Source of the DNA: Gracilinanus agilis | Lineage: Eukaryota | Assembly: GCF_016433145.1 (NCBI RefSeq) | Contig: NC_058134.1 | Span: forward strand, 47,849,135-47,913,134 | Direction: 5' to 3' | DNA: 64,000 nucleotides | Shown: positions 25,866 to 39,033 of the stretch, piece by piece | Layout: each line of letters begins with the position of its first letter | Position numbering within the stretch: the stretch's first letter is position 1 | The notes under the pieces: model-generated | What the model was told of the DNA's origin: nothing | The model's database searches: none | The model's input: only the letters and a program-made list of their open reading frames with translations | Translations under genes and position numbers: made by a program

Positions 25866-26833
25866 GTAAAGCAGAATCAGTCTTCTTTCTACTTGGGTCC
25901 TTTCTCCCTCTCCCACCAGCTCCCTGCCAGGACCTCCCAAGGCTAGAGGGAATTAAATGGTTCTGAAACTGGCTACCTGTGAGGATTCTGAGACCAAGCC
26001 TTCCTTTGGGAAGGAGAACACTATGTCCCTGCTCTCTATTCTAGCCCAAAGACTTGCCTCTTCAGCAGCCCAGGGTTTGATCTTAGGGAGGGATGAACCA
26101 ATTCAATCAATGAATATTTATGGTAATTAATATCATCATGATACAAAAGCAGCATATGGCCTCAGTCTCCTACTATTGGGTTTAAATTTTGGTGGGTGAG
26201 ATGGGATTAAGACATTTTAAAAATGCCTAATTATATAAAACAGGAAATGATCCAGTGTTAAGTCATCTTGATCAACTAAGTGCTTCTCCTTCCAGAAGTT
26301 CAATAACAATCCATATTTCTGTGTCACTTCCACATTTACAGAGAGCTTTTTTCAGAACAAGCCTATGAAGGGAGCAGTGAAAATATCACTATACCCATTT
26401 TACAGATTAGGAAACTGAAATATGGACAAAGTGACTTTCTTACGGTCATGGGAGAGTGGGGTATAAGAACTGCGATTTCCCTGGTTTAGGAGAAAATAAC
26501 CAGAGAGGAAACTCTCTCTACCAGTACCGATCAGCAACTATTCAAGAATTCACAAACTTAGAGTGTTGCTTGCAGTGTTTAGAGGTTAGATGATTTGACC
26601 AGGGTCATACAGAAGTATGTATCTGAGGTGGCACTTGAACCCATAACATCATGACTACAAAGCTGGTTCTCTAGTTCCTCTTTTCTATCCACTGCATCAC
26701 ATAAACAGTGTCAGACTCATTATTTGAATCTAGGACAAAACAAAATCCTGTTTTAAAGGTCTGTGTTTTTACTCCTCATAGCACTCTGCTGAAAAAAATT
26801 TTTTTTAATAAAAAACAAAGCATGTGTCTAGGG

Positions 26834-27027
26834 CAATGGTTGCAAATATATGATTCAGTGACTCCTGGAAGACAGTGATACCCTTTCAGTAGGTCAGTAA
26901 GGTCAACACTATTTTCATAATAACACTGAGATATTTTAATTTCTAATGTGGTAAATATTAATAGATATAACTTACATAGATGAAATAATAACAAGGTTCT
27001 GAGACTAAAAAAGTTTGAGAATCATTG
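26834..27027. mobile_element. Older hAT/Charlie-type MITE, 194 bp
   Basis: Imperfect TIRs CAATGGTTGCAAA / TTTGAGAATCATTG and a 7/8 TSD gtctaggg / ctctaggg. A related copy in the opposite orientation lies at about 20675-20865. Confidence 0.75.
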
Positions 27028-27158
27028 CTCTAGGGCATTTCGGGCATTTGGGGCATTTGGGAAGATAGACGTGTACATGAGAGTTATCTAGGAAATTCTT
27101 CAGGAAGAGTTGAAAACTGACATCCTGACAGCGACATCATGGTGTCAAGAAGGGAGCA

Positions 27159-27350
27159 TGGGGGGGGGGGCAGCTGGGTAGCTCAGTGGAGTGAGAGTCA
27201 GGCCTAGAGACAGGAGGTCCTAGGTTCAAACCCAGCCTCAGCCACTTCCCAGCTGTGTGACCCTGGGCAAGTCACTTGTCCTCCATTGCCCACCCTTACC
27301 ACTCTTCCACCAAGGAGCCAATATACCGAAGTACAAGGGTTTAAAAAAAA
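27159..27350 (+). mobile_element. Young SINE1_Mdo-like SINE with TSD aagaagggag
   Basis: gggggcagctgggtagctcagtggagtgagagtcaggcctagagacaggaggtcctaggttcaaa; internal 3' deletion; A tail. Confidence 0.9.
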
Positions 27351-27451
27351 AAGAAGGGAGTGTCAACACTCCAAAGGGAGACAAACACTGGAACTGTTTA
27401 AGGCAAAGAAGAAACACAGATTCCCTAGTCACAAAAATAAAGATATATATG

Positions 27452-27480
<29 letters not shown>
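27452..27480 (+). repeat. (GATA)n microsatellite
   Basis: About 7 units. Confidence 0.95.
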
Positions 27481-27482
<2 letters not shown>

Positions 27483-28722
27483 TATATAGATATCGATTTT
27501 AAGTGATTGAGAAGCAATGGTATAGTGGATAGAAAACTATCCTCAAAGCCAGGAAAATCTGAGTTCAAGAGTTGCCAAGAATGCCAAGAGAGTAAGTTCA
27601 GAAAAGATGCCAATTCAAACTAGTTGGAATATTCTCATCTGAGATTCCTTTGTCTCAATGCCATCACAAGTCCAAGACCCACTCCTCAAGCGTACATATA
27701 CACAATAAATGCACCCATGTACATATTCACATCTGTATACACATATAGAATTAATAAGTTTATTTTCTACTGCTTTGAATGAGAACATCGAAATATTCTT
27801 TAAACTGAACCTTGAGTCAAATTGATATTGTACTTGATTCAAAGACTGATTTGATTTAGGAGGATGGGCACAGCAAGCTGCATCCCTCATCTCACTCTCT
27901 TTCCTCTGGGTTCACTTATAAAACCTGTTTAATCCAATTAAATTCAACATATTCTTAATAAGTCCTTAATCTATGTAAGGTAATGTGCTGGGTCATTCCA
28001 GTGAGGAAAGACTATCCATTTCCTGCCTTAAGAAGCTTCCCTACTAGAATAAAAGACATGTAGACAGTAAATTACAATATGATCAAGTTTATTGGAGAGG
28101 TCAGAGTGATGCTACTGATTCAAGGAGAGATGGCTGCTTCTATGGAGTAAGAGTGAAGGGAAATCAGGGAAATCTTTCCATAGAGAAAGAGCTGGGGCTT
28201 GAGAGAAAAGAATGATTTCAGCAAGAAAGATCCTTCAATCCATTTCCCCTGGTTCTGTCCCTGCCAAGAATACTCCTCTTTTTTCCGTGGGAATTCTCTC
28301 TTGGCCTCCCTTTTTACTTATGCAGTTCAATTGTCTGGGGAAACACTGCATACTTTTGAGAGCAAGAGCTATTTGGGTGACAGATGTCTGAAGCTGGGTT
28401 GGGTACAACAATAAATCAATTAACAAATCCTTTGGGATGGAAGCCCCTTTACCCAAAGTCAGGGGTACAAGGTTACAAAGATACTTAAAAGAAAGTCCCT
28501 GTTTTCAAAGGGAATATAGTCAAATGGAGGAGTTGACAACGTAATGGGAGACTGGAAGCAATGGGTGATGAAATCTTCCTAACAATAAGAGCTATCTCAA
28601 AGTCGAATGGGCTACCTCCAGAGGCAGTGGATTCATCAAGCTGTATGACTCTGGCCAAGGCATTTAACCCTGATTGCCTAGCCCTTGCAGCTCTACTACT
28701 GTCTTTGAATTGACACCAAAAC

Positions 28723-29019
28723 NNNNNNNNNNNNNNNNNNNNNNNNNNNNNNNNNNNNNNNNNNNNNNNNNNNNNNNNNNNNNNNNNNNNNNNNNNNNNN
28801 NNNNNNNNNNNNNNNNNNNNNNNNNNNNNNNNNNNNNNNNNNNNNNNNNNNNNNNNNNNNNNNNNNNNNNNNNNNNNNNNNNNNNNNNNNNNNNNNNNNN
28901 NNNNNNNNNNNNNNNNNNNNNNNNNNNNNNNNNNNNNNNNNNNNNNNNNNNNNNNNNNNNNNNNNNNNNNNNNNNNNNNNNNNNNNNNNNNNNNNNNNNN
29001 NNNNNNNNNNNNNNNNNNN
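28723..29019. other. Assembly gap (297 N)
   Basis: N run; the left flank ends in a SINE fragment. Confidence 0.99.
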
Positions 29020-29559
29020 CTTATAGAAGTAAGTGGAGGTTAGAGAGTGGGACATATGTTGTACAACATATGTTGTAGAGTGGGAAATAAATTCAAGTCT
29101 CTATTAGATTCAATGGTTTCCCAAGACTGAGATTCTAAAATTATAGAGAAATCAGATACAGCAAGTTTTCAATTCATCTGGAACTCCCTGTTTGCATTTC
29201 TTCCCAACTATACCCAACTCATTTATAAGTTTCTAAAAAAAAGACATCAGAAAAGCAGCATGGGGGCAGGTAGGTGGCTCAGTAGATAGAGAACCAAAGC
29301 TAGAGATAGGAGATACTAGGTTTAAATCTGCTTAGGAACTGATACTTAGTATTGATTCTAAAACAGAAGGTAAAGGGAGGAGAGTCAGGGGGGGAAGACT
29401 AGAGAAAAGTAGCAAGGTCCATGAACAAAGCATTCTTTAAGGATCTACTATGTGATCCTTTTTTTTGCTAGGTACTAAGGATAAAAAAAAGTTACATTTT
29501 CTCAGGGAAGACAACATGTAAACACAAGCAGATAAAAACAGGTACAAAAGAGATGATGT

Positions 29560-29770
29560 GATGGATAGAGTGCCAGACTTGTAATCAGAAAGACCTGAGT
29601 TCAAATGCTGCCTCAGATACTTACTAGCTGTGTAAATCTGGATAAGTCACTTTACCTTGTTTGCCTCCATTTCCTGATCTGTAGAAGGAAATGGCAAATG
29701 GCTCTAGCATCTTTGCTAAGAAAACCCCAAATGGGATCATGAAGAGTTGGACATGATTTAAACAGCAAAA
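29560..29770 (+). mobile_element. MAR1-like SINE
   Basis: gatagagtgccagac...gagttcaaatg...aagaaaaccccaaatgggatcatgaagagttggacatg, with RTE-type tail. Confidence 0.8.
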
Positions 29771-30246
29771 ACAAAATTATTATTATTATTATTATTAAAA
29801 ACTGGCATTTACATAGTACTTTAAAGTTTACAAAATACTGTTATCTCATCTGATCCTTATGATATGTTTGCCTTCGGCTTATTTGATGTGGCACAAAATG
29901 CCATCTTTGTGTGATGAATGGAGGCACAAAAAAAGAGAACTCTTTACCTTTATATGACAGAGTCCCTGGTTTCCATGTCCCCTTTGCTCTCTGAAGGGGT
30001 ATGGATGTGCAAATGAGCATACGTGTGTGTGTATGTAGCCTAAATCCAGGATATCTTCTAGCTTGACAGCTGTAGATATAAATGTGCATACCCTCAAAAT
30101 GCTCTGATCTGCCGTAAAATATTTAACAGACAGGCTGGTTCATATCAAAGCTTCCACGTTATTATTAACTCACCTCCATACCCTCATTGAGCCTATTTCT
30201 CTTATGTTTGGTTTTTAATTAAGCACTTACCCTATTTTTTGACTAG

Positions 30247-30337
30247 GGAAGCCCAGGCTTTTGTAGAGAAGTTTGAAGGAGCATTAGGAAAGGGAAAAGG
30301 CAAGAAATTCTACGCCTATAAAATGATGATGAATAAG
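30247..30337 (+). CDS. TMC2: Coding exon, 91 nt (human exon 5 equivalent)
   Basis: ttttttgactag|G ... AAG|gtatgt; EAQAFVEKFEGALGKGKGKKFYAYKMMMNK. Confidence 0.97.
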
Positions 30338-31529
30338 GTATGTGCCTCACCAATGAGAGATCAAGGGGAATGGGGCAGCTTGGTTTCTGGGTCAGTTTTG
30401 TCTTTAAAGTCTCGTCTTTATTCAATCATAATGATGGGGACATTGTTAAGGGCTTATGTTCAGAGGTATCAGGGAAGCCTATTACCAATACAAAATCTCT
30501 AATCCATGTAAACGCTGCTCAGATGGCAATGACAATGATTGCCAGAATGCTAATGACATGTGTTGACACAAAGTGCTTAATGCCTAGCTCAGGGTCACAC
30601 AATGACTTGCTGACAGAGATGGGAAGTGGATCCATCCTCTCTTTTCCTGCTTCCATGCTCTGGTAGATCTCTTTGCCCTGCTCTGCTCAGGCTAGCCTTA
30701 TTGGGATGGCATTATAAAAGACTCATTGTTGGAAAATTATCTTTCACTTTAAAGGGTTCCAGGCATAACCCAGGAGAAAAAAAATTCCTGGGCATTTCTT
30801 TAATGCTAATGTTTCAAAGTCTCACCTGTGCCTCCTGACTTGACCATGTCGCATGCCCTATCTATCTCATGTAGAATAAACCGTGAATTTTAAAAGCCCT
30901 TTCTAATTATTTACGTAGAAATTGTTACCTTATGTTATTCCTACAGGATGCTGAGCTCTACCGAATAGAAAGCTAACCTCAAAGACCAGAGAACTTTGGT
31001 TCATCCCATCTAGGACATATATCTAGGACAAGTTGTTTAATATCTGTTTCCCCCAGGAAGTTCTCTAAGACTATAAGCGACATAAGCAGTGGCACTTCTG
31101 CATTGGTTGACAGAGTTGCCTTATGAAGGAGTTCCCCTGTATCAATTAAATTAAAGATCTAAACCAAAAAAATATTGCTAACGATTCCTATATACCTACT
31201 GTCCCTGGGTTTCTCACTTCTGTTTTCCTGATGAGATCTTTAAGGATCAAAGAAATCAAGGGAAGAGACAAAGGAACAGGCTCCCATTTTGGGGGGGAGT
31301 TATGTTCTGTTTTGTTGAATTCTTGCAACCTAGACTAAAAAATGGAGTCATGTTTAGCTTTTGGATACGGACTTTAATTTGTGCTCTAATTATTTCTAAT
31401 AGCATAAAACTCAATCAGTAAGTGAGCTAGAAATGGAGATGCCACTATAAAAAAAATTCCTGGCACGTTTTACCTAATGTGAGATGCAGTAATAATAAAT
31501 GATCAGGAAGAATCATTTAATATCAATGT

Positions 31530-32215
31530 AATGTAGCAGATAAAAATATCTGCAAGTGACCTTTAAGGAGTATGTATTTTAGGTAAAAAATTCAACATAC
31601 TTCCAGACCCCAGTGAATAAATGGTCAAAGAATATAAGATGACAGTTTCAAAAAGAATAAATATAAAATGCTAATCATCGCTTGAAAAAGAATTCATTCC
31701 CAGGGGCAGAGAGGTGGCTCGGTGAATTGAGAGCTGGGCCTATAGACAAGAAATCTTGGGTTCAAATATGGCCTCAGATACTTCCTAGCTATGTGACTTA
31801 ACCCCCACTGCCTAGTCCTTATCACAATTCTGCCTTGGAATCAATACACAGTATTAATTCTAAGACAGAATGTCAGGACTTTAAGGGGAAAAAATTCATT
31901 CACAATAATAAAAAAGATATTAATTAAAACAACTTTAAGATACTACCTCATAACCAGAAAACTAGACAAATTATAAGCAATGAAATCATGAAAGTCAAAG
32001 ACAAAGAGAACATGGTGAAATATCATTGGTAGAATTGCCAATGTTTTAGGCAAGAATTCTGGCCATATATAGTAAACATCACAAAAATAATCCTCCCCTC
32101 TAACCTAATACTTCCATAATTGAAGATATTCAAAAATACAGCAGCATTTTTTGCAATTGCAAAAATCCTGGAGGCGGCCTCAATGTCCAACCATATAAAA
32201 ATGATTAATTAAATT
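31530..32215 (+). mobile_element. Degraded L1 ORF2 3' region with a nested SINE at about 31703-31890
   Basis: aataaatggtcaaagaatata...acagtttcaaaaaga... and aattaaaacaactttaagatactacctca correspond to the L1 KWSKDMNRQFS and IKTTLRYHL motifs. The SINE is flanked by TSD aattcattc. Confidence 0.75.
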
Positions 32216-33169
32216 GTGGCAGTAATAATAAAAACAAAAACAATAGCTAACATCTATATACTGCTTTAAAGCTTACAAAGTTTGTTTACAAAACTCACTT
32301 ACAAAATCATTATCTCATTTTATCCTAACAACACTGGGAGATAGGGACTATTATTATGCCCACTTATAGATGAAGAAATTGAGGCATACAGAAGTCAAGT
32401 GACTTGCCTAGGGCCCCACAGTTAGTACCATCTGAGGCTAAATTTGAACCCAGCTCTTCCAGGTCTAATATTTTCTCCACTGCATCACCTAGCTGTAATG
32501 TAATGGAATACTGTAATGTAATTAGGACCCAGTATAGAGAAAATACAGAAATCATTTTTGATTTTATTTGTTTTGCAGAACTTTTTTCTCCTTTTTACTA
32601 TATTTTTATGAGAAATTGTTTACTTGGTGAACAAATAAAAAAGGGTACATTTGGAAATGTATTTAGTGTAAAAACAAAAGACATCAGTAAAATGTATTTT
32701 TAAAAGAAATTATGCAACATGGATAAAAAGCAGAATCAGAAGAACAAAGTTTACAAACCTACCACCATATAAGAGGAGATGTAAATCAGAAGAAATGAGC
32801 AAAAATATCCTGGTGGAGTCTTAAAGGGAGGAACTAAAAATTTCTTGGAGTATTTTATGTATTAAAATGAGGGTAAATGTAAATAGTTATGAGGCAACTT
32901 TAATTAGTTGTATTGATATTCAACATAAAGTTTATGATAAATTATCCAGATTTTTAAAGCAGGAATTGCCTGTATATTGAAAATAATTCAACATCTCTAG
33001 TACATTAGACATAAAATCATTTTATATCCTTTTTAATTGGATTTTAAAAATAAATTCAACTCACATCAATTAGACTCTTACTGATCATCGAGGGCACAAA
33101 AAAATAAAAAAGCATATATTCTCTGTTCTCATTAGCCCTGGGTCTTGAGAAACAAGGGAGATAATAAAA

Positions 33170-33365
33170 GGACAAAGTTAGTGGACCAGTGGATAAAAGA
33201 CTAGATCTGGAGGCAAGAGGTTCTGGGTTCAAATGTGACCCCAGATACTTTCTACATATATGGCCCTACATAAGTCATTTAATCTAATTGCCCAGCCCTT
33301 TCCACTCTTCCAACTTGAAACTGATACTCAGTATAGATTTCTAAGACAGAAGGTAAAGGTTTAAA
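33170..33365 (+). mobile_element. SINE1_Mdo-like SINE
   Basis: ttctgggttcaaatgtgaccccagatac...gcccagcccttt...ctaagacagaaggtaaaggtttaaa. Confidence 0.8.
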
Positions 33366-33901
33366 GAAAAGAGAGAAGCAAGGTTAGAATAACTTGGAAA
33401 GGGGAAAAAATGCCATCTGCAGTGTTGGACAAATCTGATTTGGCTATAGGATTTTATTTTCCTAGTCAATCAACGTCTGTGTCTGATAATAATACTCAAT
33501 CACTCAAAAATATCTGTGATCTTACTGATGGAGATACTCTCTCCAGGGATGCACATCAAAGTTCATTCATGCCTTCCCATCCTCTTGTTACTAACAAACC
33601 ACTCAGTAGGTCTGGTGAGTAGACAGGCTGCTACGATCACACTTTTCATAATTCTTGCCAAAGCTTCTCCATTCTTTTACAAGTGAATAGCGTGGAGAGA
33701 AGGCTTTGCTTGCCATCCACCTAACCGCTCTCCCTCTGTGGCTGGACCTGCCATAGTTCTGAAGGGCTGAACCAAGATGATTCCAATTGAGTGATGCCCA
33801 AAAAGTGGCCAACCTCCCCACCCCATCCTCCACCTCCCAAGTCAGACTTTTCCCACCAGCTGCTCTAGCAAGAATGCTACAAGTCAATCATTTTCTTTCA
33901 G

Positions 33902-33983
33902 AAATGGATCAAATTTAAGCGAGATTTTAATAATTTTAAGACGCAGTGTATTCCATGGGAAATGAAGATAAAAGAGATTGAAA
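33902..33983 (+). CDS. TMC2: Coding exon, 82 nt (human exon 6 equivalent)
   Basis: ttttctttcag|AAA ... GAAA|gtaagt; [27 protein letters not shown]. Not in the ORF track because it is too short. Confidence 0.97.
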
Positions 33984-34084
33984 GTAAGTGTTACCTGGTG
34001 CTCTTTTATCTGATAAATGCTGTGCCAATCAAGAGTTTGGGTGTGCTTGGGGGTAGATACTGCTCACCACACAGACCATGGAAC

Positions 34085-34315
34085 TTTTTTTTTAATCCGA
34101 AAATTTTTATTTAATTAATTAATTTAGAATATTTTTCCATGGTTACCTGATTCATGTTCTTTCCCTCGCCTCCTCCCACTTAACTCCTGTAGTCAATGAG
34201 AAATTCCACTGGATTTTACATATGTCATTGATCCATACCTATTTCCATATCATTAATATTTGCATTAAGGTGATTGTTTAGAGTCTACATCCCCAATCAT
34301 ATCCCCATCGACCCA
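34085..34315 (-). mobile_element. L1 3' end fragment inside the 390-nt intron
   Basis: Same 3' UTR sequence as 6735-6960. Confidence 0.87.
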
Positions 34316-34373
34316 GACCATGGGACATTCAATTGCCCCCAGATTTAAACATCTTTCTTTTCCTTCATCCCAG

Positions 34374-34480
34374 GTCACTTTGGTTCTTCAGTAGCCTCCT
34401 ATTTCATTTTCCTCCGATGGATGTATGGAGTGAATCTGGTGCTTTTTGGTTTGATTTTTGGTCTAGTCATCATCCCAGAG
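34374..34480 (+). CDS. TMC2: Coding exon, 107 nt, TM1 (human exon 7 equivalent)
   Basis: ccttcatcccag|GT ... GAG|gtaagg; [35 protein letters not shown]. Confidence 0.97.
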
Positions 34481-37106
34481 GTAAGGTTAGAAGCCTCTTT
34501 ATTTATGAACAGTGACCTAACTTTTGTAATGGAAAGAGATCAAGGACAATAGAATTCAGAAGGAACAAAAAAGAGTTCAAGGACAGTAGACCTGAGTTTG
34601 AATTCTGACTTGGCCACTTTTTAACCTATGTGTACCTAAGCAAATAATTTGACCTCTCTAAGCCTCAGCTCACCATCAAACAGCCAATGAGCCTTTAAGT
34701 GCCTAAAATATTCAGTCACTCTCTGATAGCATTATTGTGAAGGAGGCACACTGAAAATCTCAAATATTAATCAACATAAGCCATTCATATTCTTCTCATA
34801 ATGTAGCATTTACTGAGTGCTTTCTATCTATAAAATAGATATTCATTTAATGAATATATAGTATAAATAATATAAATAAATAAATAAAAGTTCTTTTAGT
34901 GAATAATAAAATAGACAATAATTTAAAACGTCACCTTCACAGTAGTCCTGTGCCCTCAGCAGGTCAATGGAATAGATAAAACTAGACTCCATGTACTCCC
35001 AACGTAAGTATTCTCATGAGGTCAGATTCCATTTTTTTTAATTACCATAAGATTTAGATTTAGAAGAAATCTTAGCTATCATGCTGTCCAATCCCCTCAT
35101 TTTATTGATAAAGAAACAGAGGCCCATAAAGGCTAAGGGATTAGTTCAAGGCTATGCAGATAAAGATGACAATAATTTAAACTCAGGTCCAAATACCAAA
35201 TTTAAACATTCCTCAACATGATAACCCTGAAACAGTCATTTATTGAGTTTTTATGATGTTTGGCCAAATATAGGTTCCTAGAGAGAGACAGTTTTGTCTT
35301 TGTATCTCCAATCCCTAGTATGCTATAAGTGCTTAATAAATGTTTAATTGATTGAATTGAAAAGAATGTACCAGACATTGTACTAAGTGCTAACTGTGAT
35401 CATGGGCGAGTCACAAATTCTGAGAGCCTCTGTTTCCTCATTTGTTAAATGGGGATAATAATATCTGTATTCCCAACCTCAGCATAGCTGTGAAACTCAA
35501 GTGAGACAAAGTGTGGAAAGAATTTTGCAAATAATAAGGCAGTATCTAATTGTTATCTGTTATTACAGGTTTATATTTATTGCCTTGTTCAACTTTTACA
35601 ACACACCTGAGAGGTGCCCAGTCTTGTTCCCAATTTATGGGTAAAGAAAACAAGGCAAAAGTAATTAAATGGCTTGCCCTTAACCTCCTCACTCTGGAAC
35701 CCTGGATCTTTCCACTAGACCACCAAGACCATTAAAATCAGTACACACCTACAATTAGCTTTCTTTGCTTATGCTTGCAGTGATGTTCTATGAATCCAAA
35801 TGCATTCTTGGAAAAGGCTACAGAATAACACAGTTTCTACATGTAATATATTTTCTGCCTGGTTTATTAATCAGCTTTACAATAGCTGGCCAATAATCAT
35901 TCTGTTATAAATGGCTTAATGAGCACATTGGACCTAATTCTACCTTTCGTCACTACCCTTGAGACATTTTGCTATTCAGCCATTCATCATGGAATTCAAA
36001 ACTCTCAACACAATGCAAATTAAAATGGATGAGTTCGAAGTGGCTGCCAAAGTGTTATAATAGCCCCAGACTGCAAATGCAAGCTCCATTATTTATAAAC
36101 CCTTTATTCCAAACTATACATTAGCGATAAAACCTACTTACACATACCTTATTAGCTTAGCACGACTCTTCATTGACAAGCCCTAAAATCAAATGTAACC
36201 TTTCAATTGAATGCTATATATATTTATTAAAAGATATAATTTACTGACTCATAAGCAAGGTAATTTTAAAATCTATGGGTGTACTGGATAGAGAACTGGC
36301 TTCAGAATCAGAAAGCCTTAGATCCAAGTCCCATCTCTGTCAGGTAGTTGTTAAGTCATCCTGGAGAGGTCTTGTGTCCTCTCATTGTCTTCAGATAACA
36401 CTCTAAGATTAGGGGGGGGGGGGGGAATGTGCAAAGCAATTGTCATTCTGCTTTGGTAAGAAAAGGTAGGCAGCTCAATGGATGGAGTGCCAGCCTGGAG
36501 TTGGGAAGACCAGATATTTTCTAGCTGTGTGACCTGAGAAAATCCCTTAACTCCAACTGCCTACCCCTTTCCACTCTTCTGCCTTGGAACTGATCCTTAA
36601 TATCAATTCTAAGACAGAAGGTAAGAGTTTTTATTTTAAAAGCCTGCTTTGGTTGACACAGTTCTCTATTTGATAGAATTATGAAGGCTAAAAATAAAGA
36701 CCTGTGATATTAAAAATAAAATTAAAATCTGTCATATTGTATTTGTGGATGCTAAAAGCCTGAAGTCTCCCAAGAGGATATTGAGAAAAATTAAGCTCAT
36801 TCAGTGCATGTACTTCTCCTCTTCACATCAGAGGGGACACTAAAAGATCCCCCAGTACCTAAAAGTACTTAATTACTAATCCACTCCAATTCCATCCCAT
36901 GAGCATTTATTAAAGTACATGCCAAGTCTAGGCATGGGGATACAAAGACAAGAGAAGAAACAATCCCTTCCTCCTATATCCTTGCTAAAAGGAATTAGTT
37001 TAGACACCAGTGAGAAATGTAAGAACTCATTAAAACACCAATAATATATGAAATTTTCTGGGCAATTTCTACATAGGTCCCGAATCTTGAGGGTTTCACC
37101 TGAAAT

Positions 37107-37285
37107 AGGGGTAGCCAGGTGATTCAGTGAATTAAGAAGCAGACTTAGAGATGGGAGGTCCTGGGTTTAAATCTTGCCTCAGACACTTCCTAGCTGTGTG
37201 ATCCTGAGCAAGTAACCCTCATTGCCTAGCCTTGGAACCAATACACAGTATTGATTCCATGATAGAAGGTAAGGGTTTAAAAAGA
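37107..37285 (+). mobile_element. SINE1_Mdo-like SINE, TSD acctgaaat
   Basis: TSD at 37098-37106 and 37286-37294. Confidence 0.88.
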
Positions 37286-38769
37286 ACCTGAAATGGAAAA
37301 TAAAGGATTCTCCTACCCAGAAAGAAATTAGGAGCAGAAGTGAAAATCTCAGAAAAATCAGAACAAGTCAAGTGGATGGGGTCAAAAGTATAGCTAAGAC
37401 ATTAAAAACTTGCTGGCTGCCTGCCTTCTCAGAGAGAGACGTGTAAGTCATTTGCCTCCAAGGATAATGGTGTAATTGATCTACTCATAAAGTTATCCAT
37501 CTTAAAGAAGCATCCTCAAAATGGGATGCAGAGCTCCCTGGGGAGATACCCTCCAGCAGACACAGCCTATCCAATAGGCTCATAGCATGGTATGATCCAA
37601 AGAGTGCCAAGCAGGAGTCCTCATCTAGCACATCCCATATGTCTGAAATTCCACTTTTAAAGTTATATTCTTTGAAATCTACAAAGTTTTTTGATCTGTA
37701 TTGACAATGCAAATACAGGCAATACACACACACATACACACACTCAGTTGTGTAAATATTTCATTTTTAAATGAGTTGTTAGAAATCTGAATGTATTTTC
37801 TAGTAGACACAATAATTCTATAAAAGGGATGTTTCTAGAACACCTCATAAAAGTCTGCTTAACTGAAATGCTGCTGACAATGATATTTCATGCATTTCAA
37901 AATTCTTGGCACCTTAGAAGCTGTCTAGTCTATCCCTTTCATTTTATAGGTCAAGGTCTGGTTAAATGTCTTGCCCAAGGTTTCATAGATTGTAAGCACT
38001 GGAAAATGAATTTAAATCTAATTTGTAAGCAAAGAGCTTCATGTATTTCTAGGAGGGATGACACCTTAAACTCTTATCAGTTAACGCATTAGCAGGGATT
38101 TAGATTAGAAAGTAGAGAATAAGAATAAGGGGAAATCAGCCCAGAATAAGGATCTGGAAAGAAGTACAAGTATTAGTAGAAGCAAAAGGCATTAAATGGT
38201 AGAAAGAAGGTCTCCAAAGCATAGTTGGCTACTTCACTATTTCCCCTAGGCTTTTATGACAATATTAATATGACTATAGGTAAATTTTTCATTCTGGTTA
38301 AACCAGTGTGTGGCTTTCTTCAAAGGAAAAAATCCTCAAGCCTATATATTGAAGACCCAAATCACTCAGATCCTCAGAGTAATTTTCTGTAAATCACTGT
38401 CATTTTGTAACACAAAAGTGCTATCACACTGTGATAATCTCCTGCACAACAGTATTTGAAAATTCAACTAACAGTGGAACTCAATCTACTGTGGAGAGGC
38501 TGATAATTTTATGAAAGCTAGTGGAGTTGGAAGACACCATTCTGGAGTGTCTGTCTGCTCCTTCTACAAGTAAATTACCCAAGTTTGCTTGCAGAGGTTG
38601 TACTGAGATCCATCAGCAAAATTCAGTAAACAAGAAAATAACGGAAAAGGTATGTGCCCTGCTTTAACATAGTGGAAGCTTAGAATACAGGTGCACACGT
38701 AAATGGAGGTGGAGAGAAAGAGAAATTTATTGTCGATAAAATAAACATCTTAATCTCTTCCTCAACCAG

Positions 38770-38868
38770 GTTTTAATGGGAATGCCCTATGGAAGTATAC
38801 CTAGGAAAACTGTACCCCGGGCTGAGGAAGAGAAAGCTATGGATTTTTCAGTTCTTTGGGATTTTGAG
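38770..38868 (+). CDS. TMC2: Coding exon, 99 nt (human exon 8 equivalent)
   Basis: ttcctcaaccag|GTT ... GAG|gtaagt; [33 protein letters not shown]. Confidence 0.97.
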
Positions 38869-39033
38869 GTAAGTGTGGAATCTACCCATAAATGTGATTT
38901 GTTTTTACTAGCTGACACACTAAAGCATTGCATCACTTCTCATCTTCTATTTTCTAATCCTGATGGGGAATGCTCAGTAATTTTATTAAAATGCCTACAT
39001 TTAAATATTAGGTCATTGAAAAGCATGGATTTT

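Noticed and set aside
27159-27260. tRNA-like A/B boxes (tagctcagtgg, ggttcaaa)
   Set aside because: These are the tRNA-derived heads of SINEs; no cloverleaf tRNA gene is present.
28674-29078. Long ORFs in the track crossing this gap and the 41848-42217 gap
   Set aside because: Artefacts of N runs and GGAA/TTCC repeats.
37707-37714. Recurrent octamer ATGCAAAT (also at 36013 and 54962)
   Set aside because: A few copies are expected by chance in an AT-rich 64-kb window, so there is no enrichment.
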